Origin: Azolla caroliniana
Lineage: Eukaryota; Plantae; Polypodiophyta
Assembly: GCA_043228905.1 (NCBI GenBank)
Contig: JBHGNT010000005.1
Span: 12,152,001-12,216,000, forward strand
Length of the DNA stretch: 64,000 nucleotides
Reading direction: 5' to 3'
The notes under the pieces were generated by a model. The model saw only the letters and a program-made list of their open reading frames with translations. It was not told the origin of the DNA and searched no databases. Positions within the stretch are counted from its first letter, which is position 1. Each line of letters starts with the position of its first letter. Position numbers and translations under genes: made by a program. This document shows, in pieces, positions 12,988 through 26,457 of the stretch.

Positions 12988-14855
12988 AGCACCTTAGCAG
13001 GAGAGATCCTTGAGAAGTGGGTAAGTGGATTATGGCTCAAACCGTACAAAGGTCTGATGCATGCGAACCCATTCGAGATTCCGGAGCAGCATGAAGAAAT
13101 CCGGGTTACCAGGGAAGCAGACATCGGTGCCCAGCCAGATGCTCCGATCGTCTGGAGAGATGATGCTACCGGAAAAGAATCAGAAAACACGGGACCGTAG
13201 GGTCAAGAAAACCATTCGGGGTCAGAGAAATCAACGACACCTGGAGACAAAAGGTAGATTACGTTGTACTTCTGAAGTACGAACTAAACATTTAATAATT
13301 TTAAAAAGAAAAAGAAAAAAGAAGAGAAGAGAGTACGAGATTTCAAACAACAATGATGGAAAATATAGTGGAAAGACATGACATAAGCCATATACTTAAT
13401 GAACACCACGCATCATAATCATACCATAATTATCCATGACGTGCGGACACGCTACCCAAGAATAGGCGGCGATGCATGGATAGAGGACTCAAAGAGAGAT
13501 GGGCATGCAAGGTTACTAGAAGCAAGAAGGAATCTCATTTCGAGACAGAAAACTTTCATGAGAACAGAGTAAGAGAGAGATGCAAAGTACGGGCAAAGCA
13601 CAGACAAACCTTGTCCGGAAAACTCCAGACACAAAAAAGCACAAAACCCATGGCACTCATATCAGAGGCAAAGGACTGGATCCAGAAGAACGGGCTCAAA
13701 TGATTTATCCAGGTAGTCGAAGCGCCGCTGCACAAGGAACTGGAGAAGGTCACTAAAAGCATTAATGACGAAGGAATTTCGGAGACAACTGTGTAGGCAA
13801 CAATCGAGCTTCTATCTGGGGACTACAGTCAATTCAAAACCCATCTACCGAGATCCTGGATGAGTATTTTGGGGAATTCTTGATAGCTAGCAAGGCTTAC
13901 CGGACGTAGGGACGAGAGAATGTCTTGTTCCGAGAGATAGCCAAAGTCCTGCTCAAATATGGTTTTGTGCATCCCCGACCACTCACCATGCCGAAGAACA
14001 GAGCGGGCTTCATCATAGCGTCTTTTGAAGGCTTGCGGGTGGATTGGCCCTTGATTGTAGCAGACTCCCTCCGAACAGGCACTTTCTGCCAGCTAAACCC
14101 ATTCGTATTAAGTTAAAAAGGAAAGATATAGAGCAAGAGCAGCCGGAACTAGCCAATAGAACACACCAAGAAACCGCAGAGGAGGAGGAGCTGGAAGAAG
14201 AAGAACAACCCCTCTAGAGACGTCCTAGAGCACGTTAGAATGAGCAACATGGGAATGGATTGGGTTTAGAGATGGACAATACACTGACCGCCCGCTCAAC
14301 GGTGGTGGATCCAAGGCTAGTGGAGTGTGCAGAGACGGAAAGACCAGAAGCGGTTGATGAGATGGTTCCAAAAGAAGCAATGTGGAGATAGTCGGGACCG
14401 GAACCAATAAAAGAAAGCCAGCAGGTTAACACAAAAGCGCCAAAGCAAACGGAGAACGAGACACAGACCGGCAGACATCGGCATACAGAAAAGCTGAGAG
14501 CACCGAAAAGACACAGTCGGGCGCACTGGACAAAGATGACCGAAACGACACTATCAGACAAGCCAAAGTGACACATAAAGACTGGAACGACAGCCAAATA
14601 AACACAACCGGATAGGTTCGATGAACAAACACAATTGGAAAAAAAATGGCTAAAAGAGACGATGAAGCGGTCGGAGTGACCAAACCGGCTAGAATGGCCG
14701 AGCAGCGGTTGCACAAGCGACCGCAATGGCGACAACTGGACAGGCCGGATGGAGACCGACAACAGCCGAATGCCGATGGTGATAGAGACGGACAGAAACT
14801 GAAGGAGACGGTGATAGAGTCCGCGACAAAAACTACTAGAGATGCCCCACAACGA
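12988..14855 (+). mobile_element. Gypsy H continuation: integrase end, spacer and degenerate extra 3' ORF
   Basis: Integrase end at 12993-13060. Segment 13860-14075 (YFG...SKAYRT...FREIAKVLL...MPKNRAGFII..FEG..VDW) is homologous to D 56500-56730. Right boundary approximate. Confidence 0.75.
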
Positions 14856-15374
14856 TGGAAGCATATGACCAACCGGCTCAGTAGGATACCAACAGAATGT
14901 AGAGAAGAATGTTTAATGGAGACCTTACACAAAGAATACATAGGAGAGACAGAGAGAACAGTGTTGAGAGACAGGTCCCTCCGGATGGGAAGTGAGAAGA
15001 ATAGTGCTGATGAGCAAACTCAGCCAAGGCCGATAGGCCGAGGCCGGAACCGGATGAGGAGTACTTGGCTATGGATGACCCGGTGAGAACCGGATTATGA
15101 AGACCTGGTGAGAACCGGATGAGGAGTACCCGGCTACGGATGACCCGATGAGAACCAGATGATGAGTGCCCTGCAAGCGCCGGATGATGCAGGCCCGGTG
15201 AAGAGCGATCACCGGATGAAGGGACATATTCGTAAATATGTTTCCTGAGAGGCCATCGGGGCTATATTTGTAAATAGCCAAAAAGTCATATTAGTATAAA
15301 TATGACTTAGGGCAAACTGTGTGTGTAGTTGTTGTCATTCTTGTTGGCGCAAGATTAGAGAGCGCATAACAATG

Positions 15375-15408
<34 letters not shown>

Positions 15409-15969
15409 GAGGTCGTTGCCTCTGTTGTAACCGCCGCCTGTGGCGAAGATCGTGAGCACGAGGTCGTTGCCTCTGTGAGCTCACTATTGTGATATAGTGA
15501 TAGTTGGAGTCTGCGGACTCCCGTGGTTTTTCCCTCTCAGGGTTTTCCACGTTAAACATCCTGTGTACTCTCTCTCCTTTGTGTCGTGCGTTCAGTATCC
15601 GTTTTCTGTGTTTGATCCTAGGCTCGGTTGTGGCCGAGCATTGTGCTTACGAAGCGTGTATTACCAACAAACATAACATGAACTCAATTCAAATAATAGT
15701 AATCCTCTATACATAGAATGTGCTCAGAGAGCACTTTTATACAAGTCCATAAAGGACCGACAGAAGTACTGACAGGCACTTCAATGCTCATACGAGTGAC
15801 TGACACTGACTCCCAAAAATATGCCTACGTACTAGGTTGGATTTGCAAGCCTCTAACGGCCTACCGGTTTTAATACGATGCGGCTCCGGGTTCCAGATAT
15901 CATCCGGACACCAATCCAGCTCTGGCTTATTCAGCTGACCCGGATCCGGTTCAACTTGCTCGCTCAACA
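14856..15969 (-). repeat. 3' LTR of A-related Copia A3, interrupted by a solo LTR; left end approximate
   Basis: Shares gtttaatggaga and gagcacttttatacaagtccat blocks with the A1 LTR. Ends CTCAACA followed by a PPT complement (gtcccccacaacctcaacttgagg). Confidence 0.7.
14962..15669 (+). mobile_element. Solo LTR related to the Copia C/E LTRs
   Basis: TGTTG...CAACA ends; TSD aacag/aacat; no adjacent PBS or PPT; shares the TATA block and the gtggtttttccc...gggttttccacg motif with C/E LTRs. Confidence 0.85.
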
Positions 15970-16712
15970 GTCCCCCACAACCTCAACTTGAGGTCGGATA
16001 TGTTAGAAATATTGAAAATCAATTAGATAGGTATATAGAGTTACAATTACAAAGATGGATATATGAAAACAAAACTTCTATTACATATGAGAGTAGCTCA
16101 CAATGGTAGTTTACCCATGTGCTCACATTTTAGAGCTTAGATAGGATATGGACCAACTCATTACAAAATTAGTGGGGACCGATGATCAATCCAACCACTA
16201 TCTAAGAAAGTGGATTATATTCTATGTTTGGTCTGCGCATATCATTAAATGTGCAAGTCAGTTTATTGTAGTGGAGATATTCCTTTTCTGTCAACTGACT
16301 TGTCATTTAATATGACCCAATTCCCTAGATATAGGCCAGTGCTAGATAGTACTGATCTTGAAGTCAATGGCACATATTTCAAGACTAAGTACATCGTAAC
16401 TTGCCCACAAAATATTCTAGTTGACTTGATTAGCCAATCCTATTACCTATTTCGCCCTTTCCTAAATACATTGTGTCCTACACATCTACAATTTCCTAGA
16501 TTAACACCTTATCAACCCATATGGTCGAGTTGCACACTAGCCTCTCATTTGAGGCGTTATCACAAAATGTGCACTCTAAGAGCACATATGGGGATAGATT
16601 TACCACTTCCGGCTGATCATTGATTATTGTAAAAAGAATAATGTACGGAAGCAATAGAAAACTGAACACAGAAATGCAGGTTTAATGGAGAGCTTGAATA
16701 TACATAGTACGC

Positions 16713-16714
<2 letters not shown>

Positions 16715-16759
<45 letters not shown>
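16715..16759. repeat. (GA)n microsatellite expanded in the A2 LTR
   Basis: About 22 GA units; the matching tract in the A1 LTRs is shorter and interrupted. Confidence 0.9.
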
Positions 16760-16763
<4 letters not shown>

Positions 16764-17485
16764 CACTAACTCAATTAAAAAATAATACTCAGTCTGTAAA
16801 TAGGATGTGCTCAGTGAGCACTTTTATACAAGTCCATACAGACTGACAGAAGTACTGACACGTACTTCAATGCTCATAAGTGAGCTCTACACTAACTCCC
16901 AAAATATATTCCTACGCGGAATATCTTTCGAACGGCCTCGCGGTTTACGCACCTCTACGGGTTCTCGTTACACGCCGATCTGCGCACTGGTTTACGCAAC
17001 CGGTTTACGCACCGGTCTGTCCTAACTGATCCGGTTCTCGGCTTGCACAGCCGATCCGGCCAATGTTGAGCTTGTATCTCAACACTCCCCCTCAAGCTCA
17101 ACTTGAGGTTCCATCCACCCTTCCGGATCTACGCTCTGGTTCCTTCTGGCCTCACGCCTTGCCCGCGCGCCTCGACCCTTCCGGTCGGCTTGCGTGCTCG
17201 TGCGGCCCTTCTCAGCTCCGTGTTGGCGCAGTGTTGGCGCTTCTTCTGTTGCCTTCACTTCCGCTTAGCCCTCAGTCGATTTGGTGTATTCAAATCAAAC
17301 ATTCAAACCAACTCGGCTTTCTCCGATCGGTTTTCGCTTTCGTCCGAGTTGGCTATCTCCAACTCGTCTTCGGTCTTCTCGCCCTTGATGGCTTCATCTC
17401 CCCCACGCTTGGTTGGATTCGGCTCTTTCTTTTGACTGCTCCCCTTATTTCCGCTTTCAGAATCTTCCGCGTATCCACCCTCGGC

Positions 17486-18203
17486 TGACAGTAACTACAT
17501 GCTCCGATGAACACCGCTCGGCCACAACCGAGCTTAGAATCAAAACACAAAAAACGGGAATGAGAGACACGACACAAAGGAGAGAAGAGTACACAGGATG
17601 TTTATGTGGAAAACCCAAACTCGGGAAAAACCACGGCAGCCCACAGACCGCAAACTATCACTATATCAGAATGTACAATAAGAAAGCACCGAGGCCACGA
17701 CCTCGAGCTTGCTATCTTCGCCACAGGCGGCAGTTACAATCAGAGGCAACGACCTCTTCCTCTCTCTCACTCTCTTTGTACACAGTTGCATGCTCTAATC
17801 TTGCGCCAACAAGAATGACAACAACAACTTCAATAAGTTTGCCCTAAGTCATATTTATACTAATATGACTTTTCGGCTATTTACAAATATAGCCCCGATG
17901 GACTCTCAGAAGACATATTTACAAATGTGTCCCTTCATCCGGTGAGCGCTCCTCACCAGGCCTGCATCATCCGGATCTTGCCGGGCACTCGTCATCCGGT
18001 TCTCACCGGGTCTTCCGTAGCTGCGTACTCTTCATTTGGTTCTCATCGGGTCTTCAGTAGTCGGGTACTCTTCATCCGGTTCTCACCGGGTCTTCCGTAG
18101 CCGGGTACTCTTCATCCGGTTCTCACCGGGTCTTTTGTAGCCAGGTACTCTTCATCCGGTTTTTTCTTCTCACTTTCCATCTAGAGGGACCTGTTTCCTA
18201 ACA
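17486..18203 (-). mobile_element. Solo LTR related to the Copia C/E LTRs, inserted in A2
   Basis: TG...CA ends; perfect TSD tcggc (17481-17485 / 18204-18208); ~41-bp tandem array at ~17990-18160. Confidence 0.92.
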
Positions 18204-20676
18204 TCGGCTTCTTCAGACGATCCGATATCAAATTCGTCATCCGACTCGGCGTCGTGGTCTTCCGGAACTTCTCTCCTCCTTCTGTGGTCATTCCGGATGT
18301 CTCTCCCCCTCAAGTTCGGCACGTCGAGGTGATGCAACCCAAGCGCACTCGAGAATTGCCGCAACTTTTCTAGACCAAGAGGCTTGGTGAAAATGTCAGC
18401 GGTCTGCCGATCTGTCGGAACATACTTAAGTTCGACTTCACCAGAGAGAACACACTCACGAACGAAATGGTAGTGCACCTCAATGTGCTTAGTCCAGGCG
18501 TGGAAGACATGGTTTTTTGCTAGCTGGATGTTGCTAAGGTTGTCGCAGTAGATTGTCGTTGGATCTGATACCTCCACCTGCAGATCCTTAAGTAGCCGCT
18601 TCAACCATATGGCTTCGCATGTCGCGATAGCCACTCCTCTATACTCGGCTTCAGTGCTTGACAGCGCAACTGTCAGTTGCTTCTTGCTACTCCATGCGAA
18701 ACCGGACGTGGATCGACGATCGGCGACGTTGCCGGCCCAGTCGGCATCGGTGTAGCCGACCAACTACGGGGTTGTACCGGTCTGATATAGTAGCCCCGGG
18801 TCCTTAGTGCCGCTTACGTACCGCAATATGCGTTGCGCACACTGAAGGTGCTCCTCGGTAGGTCGCGCCAGGAACTAACTAATCACCCCGACTGGGTAGC
18901 TGAGATCTGGTCGGGTAATGGTCAAGTATATAAGGCTTTCGACTATCTGTCGAAACCTCATCGGGTCGCATACCTTTCCAGAATCAGGGCGAACCTTGAT
19001 GGTTATCCAGAGGAGTCGAGATGGACTTACAGTCGGCCATCCCGAATTTGAAGAGCATACTTAGCACGTAATGTCGTTGGCTGATCCGTATGCCTTCGGG
19101 GGTGCGGATCACTTCGATCCCGAGGATGTAATGAAGGTCCCCCAGATCCTTCATGCCGAATGATGCTGCAAGCTGGAGCTTCACGCGGTCAATCTCACCT
19201 AGTCATCAACATAAAGTAAAATGCTAACCGGCCAGAGTCGACCTTTCCGGATGAACAGTGAGTCTAATTTTGACATCGCAAAGCCCATCCAGCGCAATCG
19301 TTGCATGACCTTCGCGTTCCAGGCACACGGAGTTTGATTTGGTCTGTAAAGGGACTTCTTCAACCGGCACACCGCCGAGGTGTTCGTTCCAGAGTGAAAT
19401 CCGGGTGGTTGTATCATGTACACCTGTTCCTCAAGTTCACCTTGCAGGAACGCAGTCCTTAGATCCATCTAATGTAAGTGCCACCCCTTCGCCGCAGCTA
19501 CTGCGAGCAAAACGCGGACGGTCGTCATCTTCACGACCGGTGCAAACTGCTCATCGTAGTCGATTCCGTGTTGTTGTGCGTAGCCTTTCACTACTAACCG
19601 GGCCTTGTATCGGTTGACCGAGCCATTAGTGTTGTACTTGACCTTGTACACCCACCTACATCCAATTGGCTTCACACCTTTCAGTGCGTCAACTAGGTCC
19701 CAGGTTTCATTCTCCGCCAATGCGCGCATCTCTTACTCCATTATGGCACGCCAATTCGCGTCCTTCGCCGCTTCTGTGTAGCTCCCCGGCTCATGCACTT
19801 CCGCTACACGGGTCATGTACACATAGTGATGCACCATGTACTCCTGGTATCCGAACCGCACAACAGGGTTCTTCTGGCGGGTAGATCGGCGTAATTGCTC
19901 ATTAGCCGATGGTGAGGCTTTCTTGGGTGACGCGGACTTCGCTCTCTAAGACCCGTCGTCGCTCCTCTCAGAGTCGGATTCGCGTCGATCCAACTCGCGC
20001 TTATCCGTGTTGTACTCCGGCATCTTCTTCTTCCCTTTTTCCTTGCGCGTAAACCGTCTCCTCGGCTTCCTGCGCGGGGAATGCACGGCCGAGTCTCCAC
20101 TACTCGCCGGTTCTTCTTCGGACTGGTCAAACCGACCCAATCGCTCTTTCGGTCCACTTAGCCGAAATGAATTCGGACTCTCATCAAGGGTCTTGATTTC
20201 GCGGTCATCCGGAGGCATTTCAGCCTCGCTGACCTCATCGTCAGAACTCGGGTCTGGAGATCCAGAGTTGGAGTTGAGGTCCAGAGTCGGAGGCAAGTAC
20301 CAGGACACGGACTCCTGAAACACAACATCGCGGCTCACACGAGCTTGTTTGGTTTGGGGGTTATAATACTATAAGCCTTCTGTTCGTCCGAATAACCGAC
20401 TAAGATACACTTCTCAGCTTTCGCGTCCAACTTCCTCTGTTTCTCCTTCGGCACATGCACATACGCAATGCTACCGAAAACTCTCAAGTGTCGTAGATTC
20501 GGCTTCCTTCCCAAATACCGCTCATGCGCCGAGACTTTGTCTCCGATCCAATTCTGGATGTACACCGCGGTTCGTACTGCCTCGCCCCAATAGAACTTGG
20601 GAAAGCTCTTTTCTTCTAGCATTGCCTGCACCACTTCTACAATCGACCGATTCTTCCTTTCAGCCACACCGTTCTG

Positions 20677-23600
20677 TGTCACCTCGGTGTTGATCTTTCG
20701 GTCTTCGAGTTTCTTCTCGGTCACGAGCTCCTGGATATGATGATACCGCACCTCAATGTGCTTCGTCTTCGCATAGTAGACGGGATTGTTGATGAGGTGT
20801 ATTGTACTTTGTGAGTCACAATAGATAGTCGACGTTGGTCGGTCTATTCGGTTCGTAGTTCTAAAGTCGGCAGTCAGTCGGTGCAGTCAGATCGCTTCCA
20901 TCGATGCTTCCGATGTTGCCATATACTCGGCTTCTATGGTAGAAAAATCCGTGCACTCTTGAAGTTTCGACCTCCATGATATCGCACCACCACCATAGGT
21001 GAATATGTAGCCTGATGTCGATTTCCGATTATCTGTATTTCCAGCATAGTCGGAATCGGTGTAGCCTTCGACTTCGGCTAAGGTTGTCAGTCCGAAAGTC
21101 AGCTATGCATCCGTGGTTCCTTTCATATACCTAAGGATGTGCTTGATGGCCTCCCAATGCTTCTTTCCTAGGTTTGACATGTACTAGCTGACCACCCCTA
21201 CGACATAGGCTAGGTTGGGTCGGGTCGCCACCATTGTGTACATGATACTTCTTATTGCTGATGTATAGGATATCTTTCCATTAAGCTCTCTCTCCTTGTC
21301 CATTGCAAGAGAGTCTCTATCCGATAGTCTGATCGACGTAGCGGTGTCGGTGCTAGCTTTGCGTTCTCCATGTTGAAGCGCTTCAGCACCTTGCGGATGT
21401 ATTCAGACTGGGAGAGTCGGAGAGTTTTGGTCATCCGATTTCGCTCTATCCTCATGCCCAGTATGTCTCGGGCTTGTCCAAGTTCCTTCATCGCGAACTT
21501 TGCATGAAGGCTTCGCTTAAAATTACCGGTCTCTGCTTGATTGCTCCCTGCAATTAACATGTCATCGACGTATAGGATCAGATAGATCCTTCGCTCGTCG
21601 GCCACTTGCCGAACATTCATGCATGGGTCGAAGTCTGATCTGTTGTATCCAAGCTGCCGTATGTAGGAGTCAAACTTCTGGTACCACATTCTCAGCGCTT
21701 GTTTTAGGCCATATAGATTTTTCTTTAGTCGACATACGAGGTGACTATCCTCCCTCGTTGCCGTGAAGCCTGCCGGTTGAGACATGTATATGTCTTCTTC
21801 CAGATCTCCCTGTAGAAATGTCATCTTTACGTCCATCTGCTCGAGCTCTAGATCTTATGTCGCCACGACTCCTAGTAGGAGTCGAAAGGTCGTCATCTTG
21901 ACTACTAGTGAGAATATCTCGTCGTAGTCGGCCCCGTATTCCTGTTTGAATCCTTTCGCGACAAGCCGAGCTTTGTATTTGGGTTTCTCTGAGTCGGATA
22001 CATATTTGTATCGGAACACCCATTTGCAAGGTAGCGGCTTTCTTCCGGCTGGTAGTTCAACCAGCTCCCATGTCTAATTCTAATGAATCGAGTCCATTTC
22101 GGATTTCATGGCCTGCAGCCATGTTTCGGTGTCCGGTGTGGCCATAGCTTCGTCATATGTGCGTGGTTCGCCTGCATCCGTGTAGTGAACATAGTCGAGG
22201 CCCGGTTGATAAAACTCTGTTTGCCTTCAAGCTCGTCCAAATCTCCTAGGTGCCATAATATCTGGTTCGGATTCTTCGATCGGTTTAGATTGATGATCAG
22301 TATTTGTTGAGCCAGTTGTGTCATGAGTCTTGTTAGGTGTCTGGTTATTCTCCCTTGTGATTGTTGTCGACTCGGTTCTGACTGGCCTCTTAACGACTTT
22401 GCCTTTGTCGACTCTTGTCGATTCGGTTGTCTTTGATTGCTTGGTCTTTGAGTTTGATGTTAGGACTTGTTGCCAATTCAGTGCTGGCACGGAAGTTGGT
22501 AGTTTGTTGGAGTTCGACTGTTTGTCGAGTCTTCGATTCGGCCCGTTGGGTTGGTCCTTCTACGACAGTGTTATCATCTTTGAAGGATACCTTCTTACCA
22601 ACTGTTTTCTATTGGTTCCGTTGAGAGAAGATAGAGTCTTCATTGAAGACTACGTCGCTGCTCCGGATCAATTTCCGGTTCTCAGGGTTCCATAGCCGAT
22701 AGCCGAAGTCCCCATCGGTTCCATAACCGAGAAATATGAACTTTGTTGCATGGGGTGCCAACTTCATCCTTTTGTCCGTGGGGGTGAACGCGTAGGCTTC
22801 GCATCCAAATATATGGAGCCTATTCTAGGTCGGTTGTTTGCCTGACCATAGTGCATGTGGCACTTCGAGCCTAATTGCTCTTGACGGCGCCAGATTTATC
22901 AGGTACATTGCCGTCTGCAATGCCTCGGCCCAGAATTCCAGCTTCAGTCCGGCTTGCTGGAGCATTGGCATCACCCTCTCCTAGATCGTTCAATTGACCC
23001 GTTCAACCACCCCATTCTGCATGGGTGTGTAAGGAACGGTCTTTTGATGTCGGATCCCTTTTCCGGACAAGTATTGTTTGAAGGCTCTAGAGGTGTACTC
23101 ACCTTCGTTGTCGGATCAGAGTGTCTTCACTCTGTGTTCCGACCGGTTCTCCACTTCAGATATCCATCAAGTGAAGACCTCGAGCGCTTCATCTTTCGAC
23201 TTGATGGAGTATGCCCAAAATTTCCGTGTACAGTCATCTACGAATGTGATGAAGTACCGTCTCATAGTGGAGAGAGTGCGGACTTCGGGTCTATTTCCCA
23301 TATCAACAATGCTCGCAGAAGTCCGTCTTTGCGTGGAGTTTCGGGATGTAGCCGACCGACATCAATTGATCAAGTCCGAGTTGAGACATGTGGCCAAGTC
23401 GGCCATGCCATAAGTTCGGGTCGATTTTCTCGGCTATGTTCACGGCCCCTTCATGGTTGATCGCCATCAATGGGTATAGATTATTATACTTATGCCTACT
23501 ACCGATTTTGAGGTTTCCTCGGCTGATCACTCATGTTGACTCGTGTAGAGTAGTTTGATACCCATCTTCGGCTAACATGCCGATGGAGACTAGACTCCTC

Positions 23601-24480
23601 TTTAGATTAGGTACGTGCCGAACTCGGTGCAAGGTTATTGTGTTGCCATTTGGCAATGTGATGGGAACCTCCCCGGTTCCGGCTATCTTGCACTCCTACC
23701 CGTTTCCTAGTCGAACTATGTCGTTGGCGTCGGCTGAATAGTTCGAGAACCATTCAATGTTGGGGGTCACGTGAAATGTGGCACCACAGTCTAGTAGCCA
23801 CGTGTGTGCAACTTGTGCACTGTAGAGGACTTCTCCGATCATCGAATCCTCTAGGGAGAGGATTTCTCTGAATCAGGTGTCGACAACATTGATTTGGTTG
23901 CCGATTGGAGAGTGGTTTGAGTCGGAACATCCCCGATTCCACTCGGATCGCCGACCACTCTCTTTTCTTTTTTTTGACCAGCAGTCGGAAACATTGTGGC
24001 CAACTTTCCTGCATTGTGTGCAGTACTCACTTGTTCGGCCCGTTCTCGACTTCGACCGTTGTCGATCACCCCTTGTTTTCGATCGGCTGTAGCATCGACC
24101 GGTTCTATCGGCTTGTTCTTTCGTTCGACTCTGTCAGTCGAATGACTCGGTCGAGTGATGGGCTTTTGCCGACTCATCGATGGTTAGTCCCATCAATTTT
24201 CGCCTGATGTCCTTTGTGAGGACTTGGCCGGTTGTTTCGTCTAGATTTAGGATCGGTCGGCTATTGGCGTAAGTCATACAAAATACCTCCCAACTCGCCG
24301 GCAAGCTCGATAGGAGGGCAAGGGCTTTCACTTCTTTGTCGAAGTTGATCCCTTGTGACGAGAGCTCTAACAACACCCGGTTGAAGGTGTTGATGTGGGA
24401 GGTTGCCGGATCAGTTTCTTTCATCTTCATGTTGAACAGTTGTTTGCTCAAGATCAGTTTTGAAGATTAGGACTTCTTCG
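20677..24480 (-). pseudogene. Copia G internal fragment (Tnt1/Tork-like gag C-half, PR, INT, RT, RH) without LTRs
   Basis: KQLFNMKMKE...LLSSLPASWE (gag); LWHGRLGH and CEHC; LYVDDMLI (RT); RNase H at 20680-21080. Both ends are fused to other elements. Confidence 0.85.
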
Positions 24481-25324
24481 ACATTGTTGGCGAACTCGGG
24501 CTCTCTCCAAGAAGTCTTACTAGAACCATTCTTCTCATCCGCCATATTCTTCTTCTTCTTCTTCTTCTTCTTCTTCTTCTTTGGTATCCTATTCGCATTG
24601 TTTGAATTGGATGCCCCTTTACCCTTAGTCCTAGAGACAAATGCCGAATCTTCCCTTCCTTCTCTTGTCTTCAACTGAAGCTCCTCTTCAAGCAGCATTG
24701 CACTTAGTTCATCAAAATTTAAAGGAGTGGGTTGAACCTAAGTGTTCAATGATGTCACAATGCCATCATACTTGACAGGAAGTACTCGAATGCACCAACG
24801 GGCCATATCCTCTAGAGAGACAGCTACTCCAACAACCGCCAGCTGATCTTGAAGATCCTTAATCCTTTTTACAAAGGATTCTACTTTCTCTCCATCTGCG
24901 AGCTTCTCTGCAGCAAGCTGATTTTCGAGGTTCTGTATCCTTGTATAATTTCTGTTTCATATTGGCTAGCCAATATGCTCCAAGCTTCATGTGCCCTGGT
25001 TGTATGTTGCACTAATGTTAGTACAGAGTCACATACACCAGTGACTATGGTACACAACGCATCGGCATTCCTTCTCTTCCAGGCTCGAAGTAGATCAGCA
25101 TTTGGAGGGATTGATGTGGTAGGGTGTGCAGGGTCAAAGGTCACCATGGGCTCAGGGTCTCCTCCTATGGGTCCCATGATTGTCTCCAACAACTCGTAGG
25201 AGTCCAAAATGGCAGACATTTTGAACTTCCATAGAGTGTAGTTGGTTCCATCTAGCTTTCCATCAGACAATGGAGGTGGGCGAATGCTCAGTGGAGCATT
25301 TGCAACATTCGTGGACAAGGCCAT
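24481..25324 (-). pseudogene. Copia F gag, truncated
   Basis: KLDGTNYTLWKFKMSAILDSYEL Copia gag N-terminus; frameshifted; (TTC)n at ~24548-24580 encodes poly-Lys. Confidence 0.8.
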
Positions 25325-26033
25325 TGATACTCTCTCTCTCTCTCTCTCTATTTCTCTGTATATACCTAATCTAGATCAACCTCACTCTAATACCATGTTA
25401 GAAATATTGAGAATCAATTAGATAGGTATATAGAGTTACAATTACAAAGATGGATATATGAAAACAAAACTTCTATTACATATGAGAGTAGCTCACAATG
25501 GTAGTTTACGCATGCGCTCACACCTTAGAGCTTAGATAGGATATGCACCTACTCACTACAAAATTACTGGGGATTGATGATCAATCCAACCACTATGTAA
25601 GAAAGTGAATTATATTCTATGTTTGGTCTGATTATAACATTAAATGTGCAAATCAGTTGATAGTAGTGGAGATATTCCTTTTCTGTCAACTGACTTGTCA
25701 TTTAATATGACCCAATTCCCTAGATATAGGCCAGGGCTAGATAATACTTATCTTGAAGTTAGTGGCACATACTTCAAGACTAAGTATATCGTAACTTGCC
25801 CACAAAATATTCTAGTTGACTTGATTAGCCAATCCTATTACCTATTTCGCCCTTTCCTAAATACATTGTCTCCTACACATCTCCGGTTTCCTAGATTAAC
25901 ACCTTATCAACCCATATGGTCGAGTTGCACACTAGCCACTCCTCATTTGGGGCGCTATCACAAAATGTGCACTCTAAGAGCACATATGGGGATAGATTTA
26001 CAACTTCATGTTGATCGTTGATTATATCTAACA

Positions 26034-26457
26034 GATCGTGGTGTCAGTTTCTGTGGTAGCAGGTTCTTCCGTTCGACTCCTTCTGGCATCCTCCCGTCTC
26101 GCTCGCGCTCCTCGTCCGGTCTGGTTCCGCTTCCTGCAACCCGTCTAGTTCTGCGCTCAACCTCCTTGGTCGGCTTGTCTACTCAACAGGCCCATCTCAG
26201 CTCCTTCACTGCTATGACTTACGCTTGTCGAACCATCGGTTCCTCCATATCGGTGTCGACTTCCACTGCCTTCTCGTCCGCTTGGCCTTTACCTAATCCG
26301 GCTCCTCCGAATCAAATTGTTGAACCGAATCGGCTTCCTCCAATTCCCTCAAGCTCTTGTTCGAATCGGTTATCTCCGATTCGTTCCGGCTCTTGTCCAA
26401 GTTTGTAGTCTCCAACTCGCCTTCCGTTTTTAGGTCCTTCACCACATCGGACCAGGT
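26034..26457 (-). mobile_element. 3' internal region of Copia A3
   Basis: Continues 15970-16000. The minus strand encodes a charged low-complexity tail like those following RNase H in A1 and A2. Confidence 0.5.

Larger units (their letters stand above)
16628..20676 (-). mobile_element. Copia A2, 5'-truncated (3' LTR, RH, RT, half of INT)
   Basis: LTR at 16628-17084 similar to A1; PPT complement ctccccct at 17085; ORF fragments highly similar to A1; ends abruptly at QNGVAER. Confidence 0.85.
16001..26033 (-). mobile_element. Copia F shell with internal replacement by A2 and G fragments
   Basis: AT-rich LTRs at 16001-16627 (missing last 8 bp) and 25396-26033. Degenerate Met-i PBS at 25384-25395. 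Gag start at 25324. No matching TSD recognised. Confidence 0.75.

Noticed and set aside
17990-18160. Short regularly spaced repeats (also 15040-15200, 30240-30320) as a CRISPR-like array
   Set aside because: No unique spacers and no cas genes; these are U3 tandem repeats inside LTRs.
24548-24580. Poly-lysine tract in F gag
   Set aside because: Most simply (AAG)n microsatellite slippage in a dead copy.
15996-26038. TSD for Copia F
   Set aside because: The flanks ggata and gatcg do not match, so the two F LTRs may not come from a single insertion.
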